Shown piece by piece: positions 49,424-62,800 of a DNA stretch of 64,000 nt; the stretch's first letter is position 1, and every line of letters starts with the position of its first letter. The notes below the pieces were generated by a model that made no database searches, was not told the DNA's origin, and worked only from the letters and a program-made list of their open reading frames with translations. Origin of the DNA: Saccostrea cucullata (Eukaryota); NCBI RefSeq assembly GCF_032062105.1, contig NW_026939106.1, forward strand, positions 434,001 to 498,000, in the 5' to 3' direction. Made by a program: the position numbers and the translations under genes.

Positions 49424-52400
49424 ATGGAGTCCGTGATTGACATCAAAGACTGGTTGCTGACCAAATGCAAAACAAACTCGACAACGTCCAGTAAGAACAA
49501 CAGAGACTGCGGCAGCAACATAGGTGGCGCCATCACACCGGATACGATTCCAGAGTTTGTGATTCCTAAATCAAATGGAGGCTCCAGAAGAGGAAGTTAC
49601 GACATTGATAATTTCGACAGCGAGCACCTCTTTTCTGTCTCGCGCAGAAGCAGTATTTGTTCCACTAAAACGAGTCCCGGAATTTCACCCAGTGCCTCGG
49701 CAGTGGTTTTGGAGACACGGTATGCCTCGTCGGCTCCTGGATCTCCGAGACATGAAATAAAAGATATAGTTTCAAGACACAAAACATCCAAGTCTATGAA
49801 CTGCATTGGGGATACCAACTCTGATCCATTGTCAGTGGCGGCCATGTCACTTCATCACTTCCGTTCAAAAACTACGTATGGATTTAGTACATTATCACAA
49901 ACTCCACACACTAGAAGAAAAGAGTCCCTTTTTCACATTCAAGGAAATGGTCTATCGTCACGTGATTCTCAGCGTCTGAGGTCACTTGAGGCCCTCTCGA
50001 TTAGAGGCCGACCAGACATGATGGACGACGTCATCAGGTTTTCCGACCCAGACATTTCCACGAGGAAGCACACTCCTTCCGTTATAGTTACCCCTTCCGC
50101 TTCGCAAATAAGTTCTTCAGAGATGTTGTCCCCCGAACGTCAGCCAAACCATCTCCTCGCCGCATCGCGCTTGTTTATAAAAAATGGAAATATTGCCAAT
50201 AGAAACTTGAGGAAAGGTAATTTGTACTACAGACGCCGATCCTCTTTATTAGGTCTCGATACAGACGAATCAAATACCTCTTCTCAAGATTCTCTTGTCG
50301 AAGTCAGCCAACCAAAAAAATCTAGTAAAAGAAACGAAAAGGATGTTGTCGCACTGAAACGACACTCTTCCCCGCAGCTAAGGGAGTCTGGACTCGTCGA
50401 GGCATGTGAGCCGCATAGGTCAAAATCGTGCGCCCTAATAAATAGTTCCAATTCAAAACATACAACCAAACATGGAGAACTTAAGTTTGCCTTCCAGTAC
50501 CTAGCCGCAACTAAACAACTGAAATTAACACTGATCAAAGCAGAATGTCTCGGTGGTTCCGACAAAACGGACTCAAATTTGAACCCTTACGCAAAAGTTT
50601 ATCTTATGCCTGGAAAACTTCAAAAACAGGTGTCTGAATTGTTTAAACATACACGAAAACCAGTATTTGACAAAAGTTTCTTTTTTCAAGGACTGTCATT
50701 AAAACAGCTACATGCCATGACACTGAGAATTAAAATTTTTCACAAATCGCATAACCTACGACCGCCAGAGCTGGTCGGAAGAACCGACCTGGAGTTGGAA
50801 AATTACGACCTCATGACAGAAAACCGGATGTGGAAAGACCTGGATACAGTTTGTGAAAGCGAGGTAATCTGATTTTCTAGACATCAACATTAATTAAGGT
50901 CTGATTTTTCAAGACATTGACTTAGTCGAAATGAAAAATGAAATCTATCATTGTGTTCATCCGACGTCCGATTGTTCATACCATACTTATATATATCATA
51001 TAGTATTCTCTTTGGCAAAGCCTTTCCACTAAGAGAATAATATCTATGGATAAATGATTTTACTTTTTATCCCCTTTTTCTTATTGGCTTTACCGTCTAT
51101 AGTAGCTCAGTCGATAGGGCGCTAGCTCGCTCCGTGATCGGAAGTTTGCGAGTTTGAATCTCAGCCGCTAACCTACATGTAAGTCGATTAAAAATTAGTT
51201 GGTAGCAACTGTTCCGTCGCCATGCGCTCGGCACTTCGAAGTGAAACTTACGGGTCCTTCGGATGAGACCTTAAAAAACCAAGGTCCCGTGTCAAAACAG
51301 GCGTTGGCATGATAGAGATCCATCACTGCTCAATGGCCCTGAATGCCAGTAAAGGTCAACATTTGAAGCCCTTCACCAGTTAATATATGTTGATATCTCT
51401 CTATGAGTAAAAAATTTCTCGAACTGGACGTAAAACAACATACAATATAATCAATCAATCTTCACGGCTGAGGTAAAGGTCATAGAAATCCTCGGTATGT
51501 AACCGGAAGTAAATGTCTCCCACAATTTAGGTGAAAAATCGAAATCTTGCAATGTCTTCTTTGACCTTTATAAAAATATCAAGGTTGTAACGCTTATGAA
51601 ATGCTAAAAAATATTGGGATTTCCGTTATGGCTTCGATCTGTCCCGTCAGATTTTGCCGAAGTGACCTTAGATCTGGGTAATGACACTTCTATAACCTTA
51701 GGCAATCATTGTATTGGATTATGGTCTTTGCAAACGGAAGAAATACATGGCAATGGCAGTGATTAAACACCAATACTAGTACACAATAAAACAGGGTAGT
51801 CTTTTATTAATACTCGATTACCCCTTAAATAATATCCACCAGATATACGTCTATATTCATGTACATTATTAAAGAAACTGACGTAGAAATACACCTGTTT
51901 GTCAATACATGTAATTTGTACTTCTCAAACAAGTGATGTGAGCAATCGTATTTGTCTATGAAGGCAATAAAAAAGGGTTTTTTTATAGTATTGAAATAAA
52001 TAATAAGGCCGAGGTTGTAAAAAGTCCATGTATGCCTGTCTGAATGTTTGTCTTCAGATATAATTCAATTTTTAATTCATCCCATTGAATCGAAAGTATA
52101 AAAGCAATGGCATGTGTCTTTTTTTTTTCTCTAGAAACGTGCACTTTTGCCCAGTGACCTCAACTTGGGATTATGACCTTGAGTGACTTTCAGTTCAAAG
52201 ACAGCCCCATGTACATCAATAAATTTATTTCAATTTGTTTATCACAGTAACCTTGACCTTTGACCAGTTAAAGATTTCGAATTTTTAATATGGCCAAGAC
52301 ATAATTTTAACATTTCTTTGACATTTCTTTGACATTTCTTGCTTTAATCGGTGTAACATACTCGCATCTGAGTTTACTTTAGCTAAAGGCACTATACACT

Positions 52401-55400
52401 TATACACTGGTTGTGAGTGGCATAGCTCTTTTATCAAACCCGCTACAGGGAATGGTCCCTGTCAAGGGTTTGATAATAGAGCTATCCCACTCGCAAACAG
52501 TGGATAAGCGTTTTATTACACTGATGTATTATAAAATATCGTCTTCATCTGTTCATAGGAAACAAGACAATGTCGCCTTCAGTGGGATTAAAAAGACAAA
52601 TTTAATTTGGCATAGTTGCCTGTCCGTCTGTCTGTAGCTTACGAAATTGATTTTTCTTTGGATTGCTCTTACTAAACCAGGAAATCCCCGATAAAACATA
52701 TGCAAGTACGAATTTAAGTGTATAATAAATATGTACAAATCACTCGACACGTTAAGGAAATCACATGAGGATAGTCACCAAAAGTAAACCATAAGATACT
52801 TCCTATCATTGTACATAGGATTACTATGAAGGATTGATGTAATTTGGCCGGTAAATTGGTCATTAACAATTCGGTTGAGCTTTAAGGAACCCTCCATTTC
52901 CATTAAGAAAAAATCCTGTAATTCCCAAACCGTTGCCTTCGATGTAACATATTAGATTAAATTGAAAGGAAAGTGGGTTTTTTTTTTATATACGAGCTTA
53001 TGCTCTCATCTGAAAATGTAAGTCGGGTCCGCAATTACTGAGTGATCCAAAAAATTAATAAATGACTCAGGAAAAGTTCAAAGGAGAGCTGTAAATCACT
53101 ATATAAGATCAACGTGAATTCTATTCTAATTGTTTTTTTTTAAAGAAATCAATATCTTCTCAAAGGCTATAGATAACAGAACAATTAGGTCAATGGGGCT
53201 CTAAGACTAAAACTCAATGATAAAACACTCTGCCAAAAGCGGAACAGTTAGTTAATTTGTCGATGACGAAACATTTCAGAACTTTGAAGAGATTTAAAAA
53301 ATCTTGAATTGGCGAAGAAGTTCAAATTTTATCTTTTTCTTAACTTTCAGGAAAAATTTGGTTTCAAGGCATATAACTTTTTTCTTAGTTGAAATTTTTA
53401 TGCTCGAAAGATTTTTACTTTATTTCAATTTTAAAATCGTCCAACAAATTACCATTGTTTGAGGAGGGCCTAAAAAATGGTCCAGTTTATTTTATTTTGG
53501 TTACATTTTTCCTCTTTTCGTTATCTTAGATGATTGGTTGTTAGTTTGTTACAGTAAACGGCAAATGATCATATGGTTCAATAGTGATATTATATCATCA
53601 TTATTTATTTTTGAAAAGTGGTGAAACAATTTAGTTAGAAATTTTAATATGCCTAATTCATTGAAGTACATCATGTTTGTTTTTAAAACTTCATATACCT
53701 TTTTTTTAATTTGCAGGTTTCATCTATTCATGTTATGTGTTGGATGAAATTTAAATAGCTAGGAGAATTTGTAACTACAAAATTTTATCAAATTTCAAGT
53801 GAAAATATCTTAATCAGGTATTGTAAGTGGTTAAAATGTGACATCAAAAGTCATTTGGCAAGAAGTGGTGACCAAATAAGGAGGGAAATATTCATTTTCA
53901 AAATTTTCACATTTGTATTTTGAAAACTTCAGAAAGTAATTAAAATAGTTCATCATGTAAATTGGTTTCAATTTTCTTTAGTTTAAAGTGGGACATTCTT
54001 ACATTCTCGTTGCAGGCAAAAGAAATTGGCTATGTGTGACAGTCTCATTACCTGCAGCTAGAGTTGGTCTTTATTCGTACTAAATGTCATTTTCGTGTTG
54101 AGTCTCAATTTGAAGCTTTGATTTTAATGATTTTTACCGGTATTTCTAAAGAACAATTGTAATTCGGCGACTAAGCAAAACCAATTATTATAAAAAGCAG
54201 ATTTAATTTTACGTAATCGACTTATGGATGGGGGGGGGGGGGGTTGATATTCTCTAATAGCACCTAAATGTATACGTATGCATTGTTGAATAATGTGTAC
54301 GTAGAATTTGAAATAGTAATAGTTAGAATACAGGCAACTACAAAGATTCTCCTTATATTCTGGATTCGCCAAACTTCTTGCATGAAACAGAATCGGGTTT
54401 CAATTAAGACGTTTTGGCTCGCGTAGAGCAGATGGATTTTCTCACTAGCGAGAACTGTTATTAAGAACAGGATATAGTTAAATGAACTCCCCAAAACTCC
54501 ATAAAAATTGCGTTTAGAAAGACAGAATCAAGTTCCAAATTAGGCTTTCTGGTTCGCTTAGAGCAGGTGAATGCATTAATTGTTATATATACGGGATTAA
54601 GTTGAACGAACTCCTCATATTTAAGATTATATTGTCTCCAGAAAGACACTCAATAAATCATTTAGTATACTATCTTACTATAGCAACAATGCTGCAGATT
54701 TCCCGTATGGGTGATAAGTCTTAATGGAATTCTTTAATGTATAGACTGACGTGAATTTGAACGAGGAATAGTAACGGAAGACAAAACAAATTTAGTTCCG
54801 TCAGTTGTTGAGTCAAGGTGACCAATGGCAGCAACCAGCTGTATATCCACATTAATCTAGAAACAAAAGAAACGAGCGATACTGACGTGTAAATTTCATA
54901 AATACATAAATTTTGTGATAAATATTTCATTCTCTTTTGTTTGCCCTGGGTGGGTGGGGGATATACCGGTATTCCGAGGACCTACTTACTAGTACTAGAC
55001 ATCATCTGCAAAATGGCAAACTTGTCAGTGCATGCTGCACGTTTTTATTTTCAGTTTAAAGAATAAGGTAACCAACAAAATAATTAAATAAAACAACAAA
55101 TAAAAACACAAGTTTTTTCGTTACTTCATTCTTGCAATATCGAATCGAAACGTACTTAGTAATCATTTTGAAACTGATCGCATGTCATACGATTATCTTG
55201 CCGATCAGTATTGTTTAGAGAGGATAAAATTGCAATAGTTTCCAGGCATAGAGACACATCTACATGTATCTCAGACAGGTCATTAAGTAATTAACCAAAA
55301 AATCCCTGAAAAAAGGACACATGCCCTTTACAGACAATTATACTCTCTTATTATACAACCTTAGTACCTATTTGCAGTTCATGTTTCAAATGAAGGATAT

Positions 55401-56856
55401 GCCACTGGTTTAAATATGTGATTTTATTGCGATGCATCAAAACGTAACAAAGAACTTCATTAATTGATTTGTTCAAAATGAAAAAAAAAAAGGTAACGAA
55501 CTGTGATCGATGTCAAAAAACTACAAGCAATACAAATCTCATCGTCGGATACCCACGGGTGATCTTCACGTCATGAGTAAAAGACGAGATCACCCGTGGG
55601 TATCCGACGACGTACAAATCTGTAAACCGAGCATAAAAAGTCCCCCCCCCCTAACCCCCCCCTCCCCCGCAAATTTCAGAGGTGACATCAAGTGCCTCGA
55701 CGGAAAGAGCACATCCTCCGTTGACCTGTAACACCGGCCGCAAGACTGTGCATTGATCAAAAAGACGGAGTATGAAAATGTTTTTAAACCAATGAAAACT
55801 TGGTGTTTTACTGTACTTGATTAAATAAAAAAATTACTCAATAATGTATAACTCATTGTACTTTATTTCTCCTGTAGGACCTGGGTGCCCTTGAAGTCAG
55901 TATGCGGTTCGAACCAAGAGAAGGCTGTCTTGTAATAGGAGTGTGTAGAGGAATAGGACTACCAGAACATCAAATCAAAGGCCCTCCAGGTGAGGGCAAA
56001 TTGGGACGGGGATGGTCATTAATGTGTTACAGCTGTCTCCTATGTGGTATAAAATGCATACAGATATTGAAATGAACATACATGTATATCTTCAGCTATA
56101 ATGTAGTTTTATTTTCTGGAGAAAAGGGGTTCCTATACACTGCCCATTAAAAAATACTAACGACCCATTAATGAATGGGGACACGAAAGGGAAACACTTT
56201 CACGTACATGTATTTTTCAAAATTCTTCTTTAGTGTTATTTCAACGAGATAGATTAAGGGTCTAGTTTCGTGAAAGCGATTGGGGGGCTATATATGAATT
56301 TTCTATCAATAAATGGCCTCTCAAATAATGGAAAGAGAAACCACACAAAATGGTTTCTGCAATTTGCAAGTAAGAAATGATGAATGGTGAAATTTGATTG
56401 TCATTAATATGTTTCTGTATAGGCGTCCTGAGCTTAATTATGTTCAAAGAACAAGAAATCGAGTTCGTTAACAAAAACTGAACTAATTTTAAAAAAATCA
56501 CTTCTTTTTGTCTAGACCCCTACGTCAAAATAGAGGTCATCCAGCCAGGAAAATCAGCCTTGAAAAGAGTTACCAAGACCAAGAAGAGCACCAGAGACCC
56601 AGTTTTCAACGAAAATTACAATTTCCCGGTGTCTTTTAAAATGGACGACATCAGTTACACCTACGTCACTCTGACCGTCTACAGTCACGAACGAATTAAG
56701 AGTGACGAGATCATCGGTCAGGTTGGACTCGGATTTGTAGCAACTCAAGATTCTGAAATCAAACATTGGCGGGAAATGATGCAAAACCCCGGTCGGGAGA
56801 TTTCTGAAATTCACAATCTGCTGGATCTAGACGACGACCAAAAGCTAAAATTATAG
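49424..56856 (+). CDS. C2CD4 (C2 calcium-dependent domain-containing 4C)-like protein with two C2 domains, ~630 aa; exons 49424-50863, 55878-55989, 56516-56856
   Basis: C2CD4-family motifs ITPDTIPEFVIP and DPLSVAAMSL..KTTYGFSTLSQTPHTRRKESLF. C2A reads GELKFAFQY..NPYAKVYLMP..KPVFDKSFFF; C2B reads LGALEVSMRF..PDPYVKIEV..DPVFNENYNF. Introns are phase-consistent GT-AG. Confidence 0.85.
51092..51459 (+). mobile_element. tRNA-derived SINE in the C2CD4-like gene intron
   Basis: TAGCTCAGTCGATAG (A box), GAGTTTGAATCTC (degenerate B box), body shared with 8915-9091, and an AATCAATCAATC tail. Confidence 0.75.
55540..55612. mobile_element. 73-bp Mutator-like mini-MITE
   Basis: Perfect 24-bp stem (55542-55565 / 55587-55610) and 9-bp TSD TACAAATCT at 55531-55539 and 55613-55621. 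Confidence 0.85.
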
Positions 56857-57598
56857 CACCATCCATAAAAAATACGATGTTTTGATGTTTTTTTTTTCAA
56901 ACTCGATAAAGTGAAAGAGAAATATTACCATGGGGCAAGGAACATCCCCCCTACCGGTTTTTCAGTGTTAAATCAGTAAACTATTTTTAAAAAGTTGGCT
57001 CTTTTTGGCAAATGGGCCTCATTTTTGAAAAAAAAATAAGATTGATTTCTGTGCAAACCAAGAAGATTTCTATCTGATTACGATTCTGAAAATATTTCAT
57101 AGGGGGAAATGGACTAATACTAGATTGGAAATGGAAGTCCTCCACAAAATTCATTGATCCGCCTTTGACACCAACCAATATTGAACATCTTTCTTGCATT
57201 TACGTTTAAACTAGGGTAATCCTGTGATTTGGAGCAGTGATAAAAATTGGGGTACATATTGAATTTTACAAGGTTATCAACAGTGTTATTTAAGATATGC
57301 AAGGTGCTCGTCTGATAACGTTTTATACACAGACGACACAGTTTTGTTTACTAGGGATTGAACAAATGGTTTTGATAAAAGATATTTTCCCTTGCTTTAT
57401 GTTATGTTTATGAACTTTAACATGCTTCTTTTTTTGAATCTTAACCTATTTTTTAAAAGTTAAACAAATAAAAGTACAACGCAGTTTGAAATACTTTTAT
57501 CTCTATAATACACTCAGTTACCCATCACGTGATATCGAAGAAAAAAACACCCAAAGATAGTCAGTTTTTGTGATAGCAAGCTGTTTTAATCTAAAAAG

Positions 57599-58294
57599 AT
57601 GGAATATTTGCCAATAACCTACAGCCCTCCTGGACCCGAGACCCCGCACAATCCCACACCGATCAGGGATTTATTGAAATCATTGCTACACGAAGAACTG
57701 GAAAGTCACAAACAAACGAAACAGAAACCCATAAAATGGAGCAAATCATTCCAACTCCATCACCACTTCCACCCAGGTGAGGTTAAAGTCTTTATTAAGG
57801 ATGGTATCTTACGGGTTCATGCGAAACACGTACGAGGAGATGACGACGAAAACTTTGACATTCGAGAATCCAAGCGTTGTGTTGTTGTCCCTAGTGACGT
57901 CAACCGTAGTCAACTCCATTGTTATAGCCATGGTCACCAGGTGATCGTTGAAGCCCCCTTAATATCTAAAGATGAAAAGAATGAAGAGGAAGGGGAACAA
58001 GTTAAGGTGGAGGAGGCAGACGAGATTCCCGATGAGAACGAGACTTCCTGTTTCCGACAAGACATAGATCTGTCCGTCTTTAAAAGTGATCACATCACCG
58101 TACGGCGTCGAGAAAATGACGTCACTATCAGAGCTGACCACTGCCAGGATGAGGACGGGGTTAAGGTGTCGCGATCTTTCCATCGTGAATTCAAAATTCC
58201 CCCAAACGCTGATGCAGAGAAATTGTGTTGTTATCGAACCAAGAAGGGAAGCTTGGTTTTTAAAGCTCCACTCAACGCTGAAAACGATGGATGA
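57599..58294 (+). CDS. Small heat-shock protein with two alpha-crystallin domains (p40/major-egg-antigen-like), 231 aa, intronless CDS
   Basis: ACD1 FHPGEVKVFIKDGILRVHAKH..VVVPSDV..VIVEAP, an acidic linker, then ACD2 FKSDHITVR..VTIRADH..VSRSFHREFKIPPNAD..GSLVFKAP. Confidence 0.88.
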   Translation: MEYLPITYSPPGPETPHNPTPIRDLLKSLLHEELESHKQTKQKPIKWSKSFQLHHHFHPGEVKVFIKDGILRVHAKHVRGDDDENFDIRESKRCVVVPSDVNRSQLHCYSHGHQVIVEAPLISKDEKNEEEGEQVKVEEADEIPDENETSCFRQDIDLSVFKSDHITVRRRENDVTIRADHCQDEDGVKVSRSFHREFKIPPNADAEKLCCYRTKKGSLVFKAPLNAENDG

Positions 58295-58548
58295 TATGTT
58301 TGTGTTTATTCATAAAATGCTGAATACGATGCAACTTTTAATATAAGGAGGGTTTTTTACAATGAAGAAAATACAAACTTTGAACTCATCAAAGAGACTA
58401 AAAAAGACGAGTGACTAATGCTTGCAAAAGAAACATCTGGAAGTGCATGTTAAATATTGGTTGAAACTTCGAAAATAAACGAAACAAATTTATTTATCAA
58501 AAGTCTTTGATGAGTTTGTAGTTTTACTGGTTCAAAGTCATATTAAGG

Positions 58549-58943
58549 AAGCTCTAAACACTGTACACTAAAGAGTTCCACTATTAGGGTAATTTTTTTA
58601 TGCACTTAGAGTGATCTGCCCTTAGAAGTAGGATTGAAAAAAATGTTATTTTCAGCCAATTTCACGATCTGTATTAGATTAAAATATTTTCAGTATTATA
58701 TAATACCAAGAATAAATAATTAAACATAATTAATCAGTATTTTCATTAATTTTCCCAAGGTAAGTAAACAGCAGTGATTTCTGTTCACAAGTAGTCCAAT
58801 GTCTTTGAACATTATTCTTGCATAAATGAGACAGGTACCCTATGTTATACATGTATTGAATAGAAAAGTCTCAATATGCACACCTTTATGTGATATACTT
58901 TTCTTCAAATCCAAAAAGCAGGTTTTGTTAGTGTTTAGAGCTT
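58549..58943. mobile_element. Degenerate MITE
   Basis: 14-bp inverted repeat AAGCTCTAAACACT / AGTGTTTAGAGCTT. The left side is preceded by TTAAGG; the right flank is degraded. Confidence 0.4.
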
Positions 58944-59299
58944 ATACTGTAATATTTCCAATTTTTTTTTTTTTTTTTTTTTTGTGATAACTTTGAAAGT
59001 TAGAAGAGTTTATTTCTGGATAAATCTACTGGAATGCAAATTAGGCAAATCGATAGGTCAGGGGCTAAAGGAGGCCAAATATGCATGTGAATCTGAATCT
59101 CCTGCGCGTCTCTTTTTGTGCCTAATGCTAAGGAGGCCAAATACGAGTATGCATAAAAATCTCCTGCGGCTGTCTTTGTATTAAAAGTGGGTGAGGACTA
59201 TTGAAATTGGCATGGGTGTCCTCGTGTAATTTAAATCTATTAATCTACATTTTTAAAATCTAAATATACAATTTTATTTCACAATGAAATAGAAATATA

Positions 59300-59463
59300 A
59301 GGAATCGCTGTCAAGTTAGTACAGTATGCCAGGGACATCAACGATAGTGGGAAACATTGGATAATTTATCCATACGGGGCTTCGCCCGTTAGGCAAAGTA
59401 TCCCATGTTTCCCGCTATATCGTTGATGTCCTGGCAAACTATACTAACTAGACAGTGATTCCT
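59300..59463. repeat. ~165-bp imperfect palindrome (MITE-like)
   Basis: AGGAATCGCTGTC.AGTTAGTA.AGT.TGCCAGG.ACATCAACGATA.. pairs with ..TATCGTTGATGTCCTGGCAAACTATACTAACTAGACAGTGATTCCT. Confidence 0.8.
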
Positions 59464-59838
59464 GTGTTCCATCTTGTTTAATGATCTTTCTAGAAATCGA
59501 ACAAAACTGGCACAGCTATTTACCGACAAACAGACAGACCTATACCGTAAGTTACATTAGTATTGATATGCCTTCCAGTTTCTGAACAGTAGACCCAAAG
59601 ATGAATGTGTGGTAACTGGTAAGACAATTGGAACATTAGTTATAACTAAAGTATGTAAATAAATAGACTTTTATATTGAAGATTCTATAATTTATTTTTT
59701 CCTGAGAAACAAATTAAAACAATTTCACTTTTAAAATGTCATGTGATAGAAATTAAATTCACAACAGAGTTCATAAGTAAATGACAAAAATATATTGTTG
59801 ACGTACATGTTATTATCACTTTTTATCACAGTCTGTGT

Positions 59839-62800
59839 TTACTTGGTTTTATGTAGAGAGGCACTGCCACTTTTTATTTTATCAACTCTGTCCTGTCCAA
59901 GCACTTTAGCAATTCTATAAAGGAAATCAAAACTATAAAATAAAATAAAAAAAGATTTTAATTTGTGTTAATACTAAAATCAGTCAAATAAAAAAAGAAA
60001 ATTCATTAAGGAGAAGCTTTACTATAAACAAAAATACTCATGAAAAAGAGATAAAAAGAGACACAAAACAATTACAAAAGTTCTTCAGGTTTTAAATCGA
60101 AAGAGGCATAAGAATTTGAGGAGTGCGAGCATTTTCACCAATGATCAAGTTAGGTTGTTTCTAGCTTCATCCCTCTTCTCAAGGGACTAGAATTTTCAAT
60201 TAAATTAATATATCATTCTTTTTTTAAACCAATCATATAGTTTTTCTGCTCTATCACTAAACAAGAACATTTTCAAACATTTTTCATTACAACCAACCTA
60301 GCCTTGAACCTTTCATTCATTGGACAAAAGGATGTAGGAGAAAAAATTCTCATGATAAGGTTACAGTCCATATAAATGTCATGACAAAAGGACTTTTAAG
60401 GTTTCATTCATTTTATGTCATATGATCGACTTCCATAACTTTAGGTCTTGGAGCTTTTGATATGGTTCCAGAGAAGGTAAGTTATAAATTCAGAACAGAT
60501 GTACCAAAATAAACTAACACTGATTTAGAGGCTTCAAGGAAAACACTGAATAAAATGTTCAACAGTGATTGGTGACTGTGCACCTTATATATACATGCAG
60601 TAAAGCTTGATTTTTTAGAATTCCTTTATAATAAAAATCTTGGTTTAATATAAGGGATATTTACCTTTAAACCACCTAAATGACTTGGCAATGTGTTCCT
60701 TATATGTTTACAAAGAACCCCTATTTTAAAAAAGTAAATTTGAAATCCGCATGATTATTTTACTACCAATTTATACTCTTTTGTCCATATGCAGATAATT
60801 CGGCAGTAGGAGATTTTTTTATGACATGATATATTACAAATATTATACTTCTGATGAAAACTACACTATAAAAGATCAATTATGCATCCTTCTAACCTTT
60901 TGGCTGTTGATGGAAGGAACTGGAAGAGATACACATAAAATAGTTCAGGGTGAGGTGAGATCCACACCTCGTCCAGTCTGTTTGCCATGGCGACGGCCAT
61001 CAGTGTGGCACACCTCTCAGAACTCATCCTCTTCTCCCGGGGATCCATAGTGACTCCCAGGGACTGGAAAAAAGAAGAAAAAGTGTCTGATTCAGTCAGG
61101 GTGTTAAAAATGCACCCCCAGTAGATGTGGAGCATAGTCCATAGTCCATAAGTTACAACCCACTCTGACTATACTTTGGTGTATTAAAGTTCACTTGCCT
61201 GAAATACACAGTTTATTTACATGTATGTAAAATGTTCACCTGGGGCTTTACAGGAATCTCTTTTTTGCAATACAATGAATATTTTTAGCTATAGCTAGTT
61301 GATATATAAATTATAACATTTTCACATTTTTTATAATCTTCATCTGGTATATCAAACAGAATATCTCTAATACCAAAGGCATGTCAAAGTGATTTGAAAG
61401 TCCTTTAAACCACATATTTCTTTTTGAGGTGTATTCCCCTCTAGAATAAGAATATGAGGTATATTTACTGTATCTATTTTATCTGTAAAAGCGTGAACCA
61501 GGGCTTCTGAGAACACAGGTCCTGGACATACAGAGGTTACATTTATATTGTAGGGGTACATCTCGGTCCTCAGGGCATCCAGCCAGCCCTAAAACACAGA
61601 AACTAAATACAGTATGAAATAGACATGGAAACTAAAATCTCAAATTGTTTGCTCTTGTCTTTTCACAAAAAAGTCACACTTGGCTTGTGAAGATGCTAAA
61701 AACTCTTAGATAAATCAAACACCAAGAAACTTTGAATTGTGCATATAAGACAGGAGATGGGAAGTTGTGAAATATTGCTAAGATTACAATGCTGTTACTT
61801 TACCTGAAGTGCATGTTTAGAACAGGCATAGGATCCCAAACCAGGTGATCCTGTAATTGACAAGAAAATATTGAATTACTGTTGCACAGCGATGTGTGTT
61901 GAACAAAAAAATTACCAATTTATAATCTTAAGAATCAATACATATTGGATTTTTGAATCTTTTCAATCATAAAGAGTCTCATTAATCATTTAATACATAG
62001 ATTTTAGGAGACCTGGATATCTAAAGTTTTAAATTCATATCTTCATACTGTCATTACAAAAACCATTTTTAAGTACATAGTCCATATGATTTTACCAATT
62101 TTTCCTGCTATGCTACTTGTAAAAACAACATGTCCAGCTATTCTCTCCATGAAGTGTGGAAGGACAGCTTTGGTCAGTGATATGGGACTGAGTGTATTAA
62201 TCTCGAAAACTTGTCTGTCCACTTCGACTGGGCATCGCTCAATCAGGGACCTCTGGGATCGACCAGCATTGTTCACCAATATGTCAATCTACCACAAAAT
62301 ATTTTCAAGTGTATCACGAGGGCACATGATCTACCCATCAGAAAAGAAGGCCATCATAAATTGTATGTGCTTTGACTATGTATAACCATAAAATTTAAAA
62401 GTGAGGTCGGAGTGACCTATTTTGGGGTTGTGACTTATCTTGACCCCAAAATGCATCAACTAACAAAGTTTAATGATTACATATTAAGATTTGAGACAAG
62501 ATTTGACTATATATAACTAAACAATTCCAAAATGAGGTCACTGCAACCTACTTCTGACTTGTGTCACACTTTTTCCCAAAATTCAACAGTTCAACTGAGT
62601 TTTTTTACTAAGGTGAGATAAAGCTATTCTGACCCATCAACTTTTTATGGCTGATGAGTATGGGACATGATAAGGCATTGATATCAAGTGATGTTTTACC
62701 TTCTTAAAATATTTCAAAACTGTTTCTACTGCATCAGAATGAGACTTTAGATCAAGCAAATCCAGTGGGAGGACCAGTATATTTTCTTTCTTCAAGTATC

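Noticed and set aside
49270-58346. Antisense or alternate-frame ORFs over the C2CD4-like and sHSP exons
   Set aside because: They are shadows of real coding sequence with no independent motifs.
58370-58525. Short inverted repeat in the sHSP 3' region (AACTCATCAAAGA / TCTTTGATGAGTT)
   Set aside because: Only about 13-17 bp pair and there is no TSD, which is too little to call an element or an RNA structure.
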